Source: Verrucomicrobiota bacterium
GTDB lineage: Bacteria; Verrucomicrobiota; Verrucomicrobiia; Limisphaerales; Palsa-1400
NCBI GenBank assembly: GCA_049510745.1
Contig: JBEKYR010000011.1
Location: forward strand, 73,932 to 137,931
Length of the DNA stretch: 64,000 nucleotides
Direction: 5' to 3'
The translations under genes were made by a program, and so were the position numbers. This document shows positions 58,797-64,000 of this stretch, one piece after another. The notes below the pieces were generated by a model. That model ran no database searches and was not told the origin of the DNA. It worked only from the letters and a program-made list of their open reading frames with translations. Each line of letters begins with the position of its first letter. Position 1 is the first letter of the stretch.

Positions 58797-59908
58797 AAAA
58801 GGCCAGAGGGTCAGAAAAGGCCAGAGGGTCACCCCGAAGTGTAGAATGCTTAGATGCGACCCCGATGCCGATTACGGGATTTCGCCGGAACAGAGGCCTG
58901 GTTTGAAATCACCCTAATTTGCCGACCGGCGGACAACAATGGTGGATTGACGGGATTCCGAAATGGTGATCTAATGGAAGATGGAGTGAAAGCGTTCGTT
59001 TTAAACCAACCTGGCCGGCACTGCGGGGGAGGGCCTGCCGCGTCCGCGACAGAATCACAAGAGGACACCATATGAATACAAGAACATTGTTCGGAATGCC
59101 CCCGAGGCTGCTTCACGTTCGTCGCATCAACTCAGGCCTCACGCGCGCCGGGGTGTGGCGTCGAATCATTCTTGCCACGACTTTGGCTGCCTGCGCCGGT
59201 CTCGCCCACACTGCATTGGGCGGTCAGATAAGTCAGCAAACTGAGCTTACCGAAACAATGATGCAGGCACAGGCCTACGATGCCTTTTTCCTGGATATGG
59301 TGGACCCCTTCACATCATTGTCCGCTATGTCCAGCATTGATTTAAGCGCCAACTCCTTCTCATACAGTCTGGAACCCAGCCAGACTATAAAGGGGACGCC
59401 TGTTTCCGACTTCGGCACAGGATCGGGTGACTTCACCTCGGGATTATACGAGTGGGACTCAGCGTTGACCGCGGGGAATAACACGTATGACTCAACATAC
59501 TGTGCAACGTGGGATCCAGGCACGGCGGCCGTGAATGGACTGATATACTCCAAGATTAAAGGAGTGCGTTGGAAAATCTCGGGAAACGCGACGCTGACAG
59601 ATGACGATCACGACAGCGGCACAGTAAACGTGCAAGCCCAGACATTCAGTACAGCCGACAAAAAGTGGTTTCCTTACGGCCCCTCCTTCAACGGAACCAT
59701 CACCTCTGTTTATGATGACTGGGATGATGTCTGGGACGTTACAGTGTCTCATTCCGAGTACAACATCAAGGTAACATCCAAGGGAACTTGGGAAACGTTA
59801 CCCGAGCCAGGGTGTTTTGATCTTCTCTGGACGGGGGCGGCCTGGGCCGGGGCAGCCTGGGTAGCATCCATGCTCAGGGCCCACCGATCAGAAAAGGCCA
59901 GAGGGTCA
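58797..59908 (+). repeat. Direct repeats (AAAAGGCCAGAGGGTCA x3) bracketing a gene
   Basis: Tandem copies at 58797 and 58815; the 21-mer TCAGAAAAGGCCAGAGGGTCA is identical at 58811..58831 and 59888..59908. Confidence 0.85.
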
Positions 59909-59926
59909 GTCTTAGGAAGTTGCTAA
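59072..59926 (+). CDS. Secreted hypothetical protein with PEP-CTERM-like sorting tail
   Basis: RBS-like GAGGA upstream; signal-like hydrophobic stretch; S/T/D-rich body; LPEPG + hydrophobic segment + RAHR. Confidence 0.65.
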   Translation: MNTRTLFGMPPRLLHVRRINSGLTRAGVWRRIILATTLAACAGLAHTALGGQISQQTELTETMMQAQAYDAFFLDMVDPFTSLSAMSSIDLSANSFSYSLEPSQTIKGTPVSDFGTGSGDFTSGLYEWDSALTAGNNTYDSTYCATWDPGTAAVNGLIYSKIKGVRWKISGNATLTDDDHDSGTVNVQAQTFSTADKKWFPYGPSFNGTITSVYDDWDDVWDVTVSHSEYNIKVTSKGTWETLPEPGCFDLLWTGAAWAGAAWVASMLRAHRSEKARGSVLGSC

Positions 59927-60432
59927 GAGAAGAGAGAAGGAGAAGGGGTCAACACATAGTTTGGTTCATTTTGCTTGTGTTCGTCGGGGAACCTGTTGAG
60001 TTACTGCCGTGGTTCGCAAAATGAGAGTCAACATTTGGGCGATGGGGGAGCAGGATGGGCGGCGATGGCACGAGAGATCACGAGAGATCAGATGTTGACC
60101 CACCCCGTCCGCCGTCCCGTCCACCATAGCTTTAGCGACGGTGGAAGCCTCGGCAAAGGCGGATGATTCTGACCTCGCAATTTTTCGGCAAAAAGCCTTT
60201 GACAAGTTCCACAACACCGTGGTATTACGTCCTTCGATGACGCTAAATCATTACACGGGTCAAGCCCGGCTTCGGCGCCAGGCGCTTTGCGCTTCTCGCG
60301 CAATCCCTTCGGCGACGGCGGATGTGTGCCAGAACGTCGGCCACCATCCGTTCGAGAGCTTTACCGGCAGAATTTGCCGGTCCGGCTCGTCCAACAGATT
60401 TCCGTCAAGGAAGGGAATGTCGGGAATGTCCC

Positions 60433-60856
60433 TTTTGGCCCGATTTAGCCGGATTTACCCGGAGATTTGGCCGGATTTTTCCGGATTTGTCCGGGTTTTT
60501 CGATTCGTTTTCCAGGTTGATTCCGGCTTCTTTGGCGGGTTTTCGGAGCCGATCCCGGTGCTGGCGGCGCCTGGCGTCTGCGTTTGGACTGGTCCAGGAC
60601 TGAGCTTTTGCGTCAAGGCTGTCACCTGCAAATGACGGCGAATGTTGCATACGAGGGCGAACGTCCGAGGTTTGACTGGGTTGATTGGTGAGGCAATGGG
60701 ACCAATGCGACGAATGGCTGATGCGATGGGAGAGGTCTCCGATCCACGGGCCGGTGTTGACTGGGCCGCACTGAGCACTTTGCATGTTGCATTGATCAAT
60801 CATGCTGGCTCGATTTCAGCACAGGTCTGTCAACGGGAAAAACTTATGGAAGGAAA
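60433..60856. repeat. Dispersed ~420-bp repeat element, copy 2
   Basis: Collinear with 16713..17124, same orientation, 12 nt longer in the 10-mer array. Confidence 0.9.
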
Positions 60857-60995
60857 AAAGAGCGAATTTAAGAATGAGTGAATAAATGAATGAGTGAGTG
60901 GGGCAAGGAAGGCGGATGGACCGAGGGCCGGGGGTGCGGAATTGCCGCGAAGTTCCATTTCGCTGAAGCGATGGAGGACGGGAAGCGATGTGAAG

Positions 60996-61153
60996 ATAGG
61001 CCAGCCATTCATGGCTGGGAAAAAACGCCGTCCTCTTTTCCCAGTCCCGTCAGGGACGAAAGAGATCCACGGACGCGCGAACATTTCTTTCGTCCCTGAC
61101 GGGACTTGATTGGTTTGTTTGACGCTTGACCCAGCCATAAATGGCTGGGCTAT
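60996..61153. repeat. REPIN-like inverted doublet of REP-like elements
   Basis: CCAGCCATTCATGGCTGGG...AGTCCCGTCAGGGACGAAAGA facing TCTTTCGTCCCTGACGGGACT...CCCAGCCATAAATGGCTGGG. Confidence 0.82.
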
Positions 61154-61383
61154 TTTCAAGGCAAAGGCTTTCGGGCCGCCCATTGGTCATTGGGTCATTT
61201 GGGAATTCTTTTATAGTAATCATTAGGCCATTGAAATTGGTCATTTACCGTCGGCGGATGGAGGCTGGCCACTCATCGCGAGGGGACGTGTCCAAAGAGA
61301 TGCGCCCCCGTCGTCCAGGCGCGGACAAAACGGTTCTTGGCGAAATCCGGCCCCTATGTTAGCGTGACGGGAAAGCACCCTTG

Positions 61384-62895
61384 ATGTGCCTGCCGTTACA
61401 TTATCAGTTCAGAGCGTCACCAGACCTGCTCTGGAAGGTTCTGCTCGCTTGCTCCTTGATCTCAATTGGGGGAATTGCTTTTGGGCAGCAGGCCGGCACG
61501 GTTGAAACCGCTCCCGCAGTCACCAGTATTTTGGACCCCACCAACCACGTTGGCGTGTGGATTTGGGATGCCAAGACATACGATAGACAAACCTGCCGGC
61601 TTTGGCGGTCGTTTGTCATTCCCAAAAGCACGGTGACCAAGGCGCTGCTGCGCATCACCTGCGACAATGGTTACCGGCTCTTCCTGGATGGCCGCGAAAT
61701 CGGCCGTGGCAGCGATTGGAGAACACTTTCGGTGTTTGACGTCACCTGGCTGCTCAACCCCGGCCTGCACGTCCTGGCGGTGGAAGGATTCAACGACCGC
61801 CTGGAGGCCGGAGTGGTTTTTGGAATGACGATCGAGTTGCTCGACCAGCGCGTCATTGAAATCGCTTCTGACGACAACTGGCGCATCGTGCCCAACACGG
61901 CGCCCAACTGGGAAAACAAGAAGACACCCTCCGAGGACTGGCCCCGCGCCACGGTGGCAGGAGTCTTGGGAACGCCACCGTGGGTGCATTGGCCCGTGGC
62001 CACCATTTCGCTGCCCGCGCTGCGCCCGGTGACCATCTATTTTTGGCAGAGCTTCTGGTTCCAGATCACGCTCCTTTCCATCTGCGCCCTGGCCATTCTC
62101 ATTTGCCTGCATTTGATGACGCGCCTGGCAATGCAATCCCAGGCCCAGCGATTGCTGCACTTGGAACGCGCGCGGATTGCCCGCGACATTCATGATGACC
62201 TCGGCTCGCGTCTCACCCAGCTCGTCCTCCTCGGCGAAGTGGCGCAAAGCGATCTTCCGGCCGCGTCCGACAACCGCCGGCAAATTGACGCGGTCTGCGA
62301 AAAAGCCCGCGAACTTTCCCATGTGGTGGACGAGATCGTGTGGGCGGTCAACTCGCGCCGCGACACGCTGCGCGATTTCGCCAGTTACGTCTGCAAATAT
62401 GCCCAGATGTTCCTCAAATCCCGTGTCCGCTGCCGCCTGGATGTCGAGCCGGACATGCCTGCCATCGCCTTCGAGCTTTCCCTGCGGCGCAACCTTCTTT
62501 TGGCGGTCAAGGAAGCCTTGAACAACGTGGCCAAACATTCCGGCGCTTCCGAAGTCTTCCTGCGCATTCATCGGCGCGGCGCCGGACTTGGCGTCGTCGT
62601 CGAGGATAACGGGGCCGGGTTTGATTTTTCCGGGGCGGACAAGGAACGCAACGGACTGGCCAACATGTTCCAGCGCATGCGCGAAATTGACGGCCATTGC
62701 CTTGTGACCACCCAACCGGGCGGTGGTTGCCGGGTTGAGTTTGATGTGCCCTTGACCAATGCCCGCCGGTTTCCGGTCTGGTTGACCGGATTATTCCCGC
62801 GCAAATCAAATCCCGCAAGGCCGGAGGAAGCGGCACAAGTCCCCGCCCCGCTCATCGTCCACCCGCAATCGGCTGCCCGCCCGGAAAAGTCCTGA
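61384..62895 (+). CDS. NarX-type (HisKA_3) sensor kinase with periplasmic beta-sandwich domain
   Basis: WIW..., ITCDNGY.LFLDG periplasmic domain; TM; ERARIARDIHDDLG; KEALNN..KHSGA; EDNG.GF; NGL.NM..R. Confidence 0.92.
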   Translation: MCLPLHYQFRASPDLLWKVLLACSLISIGGIAFGQQAGTVETAPAVTSILDPTNHVGVWIWDAKTYDRQTCRLWRSFVIPKSTVTKALLRITCDNGYRLFLDGREIGRGSDWRTLSVFDVTWLLNPGLHVLAVEGFNDRLEAGVVFGMTIELLDQRVIEIASDDNWRIVPNTAPNWENKKTPSEDWPRATVAGVLGTPPWVHWPVATISLPALRPVTIYFWQSFWFQITLLSICALAILICLHLMTRLAMQSQAQRLLHLERARIARDIHDDLGSRLTQLVLLGEVAQSDLPAASDNRRQIDAVCEKARELSHVVDEIVWAVNSRRDTLRDFASYVCKYAQMFLKSRVRCRLDVEPDMPAIAFELSLRRNLLLAVKEALNNVAKHSGASEVFLRIHRRGAGLGVVVEDNGAGFDFSGADKERNGLANMFQRMREIDGHCLVTTQPGGGCRVEFDVPLTNARRFPVWLTGLFPRKSNPARPEEAAQVPAPLIVHPQSAARPEKS

Positions 62896-62896
62896 A

Positions 62897-63577
62897 ATGT
62901 CAAAACCCAAGATTTTACCCCATCCCCAAGTTGCGCCGGCGCCCTCGCGCCTGAGGGTTGCCCTGGTCGAAGACAAGCCCGAGATGCGCGAGAGCTGGTC
63001 CCGCCTGATCCAGTCATTCCCCGATTTCTCCTGCGTCTGCGTTTGCCCCTCCGGCGAGGAGGCGGTGCGGGCCGTTCCCGCCGCCCAGGTGGATGTCATT
63101 CTCATGGATATATTCCTGCCCGGAATGTCCGGCATCGAATGCACCGCGCGGCTCAAGCTGGCCCTGCCGCAGACCCGCATCGTCATCCTGACCGGATTTG
63201 AGGACGACGAACTGGTCTTCCAGGCGCTGGAGGCCGGGGCGGACGGCTATCTGCTCAAGCGGACCAAACCGGCGGATTTGCGCGCCGCCTTGCTGGATGT
63301 GCTGGGCGGCGGCGCCCCCATGACCAGCGAAATCGCCCGTCGCGTGGTGGAATCCTTCCGACAAAGGGCGCGGTTCCGTGACGAAACCATCCGGCTGACC
63401 TCGCGCGAGGAAGAGGTGTTGGTTTTGTTGTCCAAAGGTTATTCCAACAAGGAAATCGCCGACCACCTTTCCCTGAGCATTGACACCGTGCGGAGCCATC
63501 TGAAGCACATTTACGAAAAGATGCACGTCCGTTCCCGCACTGCGGCCGTCGTGCGGTTTATGGGCTCCAAGAATTGA
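62897..63577 (+). CDS. NarL/LuxR-family response regulator
   Basis: VALVED, ILMDI.LPGMSG, GADGYLLK, LTSREEEVL.LLSKGYSNKEIA..L.LS..TV..H. Confidence 0.96.
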   Translation: MSKPKILPHPQVAPAPSRLRVALVEDKPEMRESWSRLIQSFPDFSCVCVCPSGEEAVRAVPAAQVDVILMDIFLPGMSGIECTARLKLALPQTRIVILTGFEDDELVFQALEAGADGYLLKRTKPADLRAALLDVLGGGAPMTSEIARRVVESFRQRARFRDETIRLTSREEEVLVLLSKGYSNKEIADHLSLSIDTVRSHLKHIYEKMHVRSRTAAVVRFMGSKN

Positions 63578-63756
63578 GAATGACGAAGTGCGCATATCGG
63601 GGGATCCTCAGATCCGTCAAAGCGCGGGCGGCTTCCATAATTCTTCATTTGCAGTTCACAATTCCCCTTATCACCCCTTTGGGGGATAGATTTCGTTTCT
63701 TTGGCCATGTTATGCTCATTTCGTTAGAACCTATAAACCCAAAACACTAAATACCT

Positions 63757-64000
63757 GTGAAAAACCTGTTCTGCCCTGTTTCAAACCGTTTGCTTGCCGC
63801 TTTTGTCGTTGCCTCCGCCATGTGGGCAGCGCCCCTGGCCCAGGCGGGACTCAATGTTCCCTACGCGCCGGATGACAGCACGCTGCACCTCTGGCATTTC
63901 AACGACCCGTTGACCAACAACACGGAGGCGGACGCCATCACCAACGACCCCATCACCCTGACCAATTTTGGTTACCCGGTTTCCGGCGGCCCGCCGTACA
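63757..64000 (+). CDS. Secreted protein, LamG-like N-terminal domain (3' truncated by window)
   Basis: GTG start; translation ...AAFVVASAMWAAPLAQA-GLNVPYAPDDSTLHLWHFND...; frame open to window end. Confidence 0.65.
   Translation, partial: MKNLFCPVSNRLLAAFVVASAMWAAPLAQAGLNVPYAPDDSTLHLWHFNDPLTNNTEADAITNDPITLTNFGYPVSGGPPY

Noticed and set aside
58797..59908. Possible CRISPR array from the repeated 17-21-mer
   Set aside because: Only three copies, two adjacent and one 1 kb away; no regular spacers and no cas genes
1..64000. tRNA or rRNA genes
   Set aside because: No cloverleaf/T-arm signatures or rRNA conserved blocks noticed; not verified with tRNAscan or barrnap

Overview
A 64-kb, GC-rich bacterial chromosomal segment. 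Gene content and style suggest a Verrucomicrobiota (Pedosphaera-like) organism; this is an inference from the prepilin-type/DUF1559-like protein, Ig-repeat secreted protein, OB-repeat sensor kinase and PEP-CTERM-like tail. The housekeeping backbone is ileS (3' end), purD, secA, lplT/lnt-like/aas, two RlmI-type methyltransferases, three tandem CNNM/CBS proteins and nadB. It is interleaved with three sensor kinases and a response regulator, an IorAB-type molybdoenzyme, a complete TonB/ExbBD metal-uptake cluster and small accessory islets (IS21 istB remnant, ArdC-like gene, TA-like pairs). The most notable observations are: (1) a chimeric protein joining a degenerate lanthipeptide-lyase-like domain, a STAND NTPase, a TM helix, a coiled coil and a FecR-like domain; (2) a His-rich leader protein ending in the RGPP arrest motif, plus two hairpins, just upstream of a TonB-dependent receptor; (3) a ~420-bp element present twice, 44 kb apart; (4) a PEP-CTERM-like gene bracketed by 21-bp direct repeats and GGGGTCA motifs, next to REP/REPIN-like palindromes; (5) apparent pseudo-enzymes (S41 peptidase, 6-phosphogluconate dehydrogenase); (6) an Lnt-like gene embedded between lplT and aas. 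No rRNA, tRNA or CRISPR array was recognised. All family calls come from motif recognition by eye, not from database searches.
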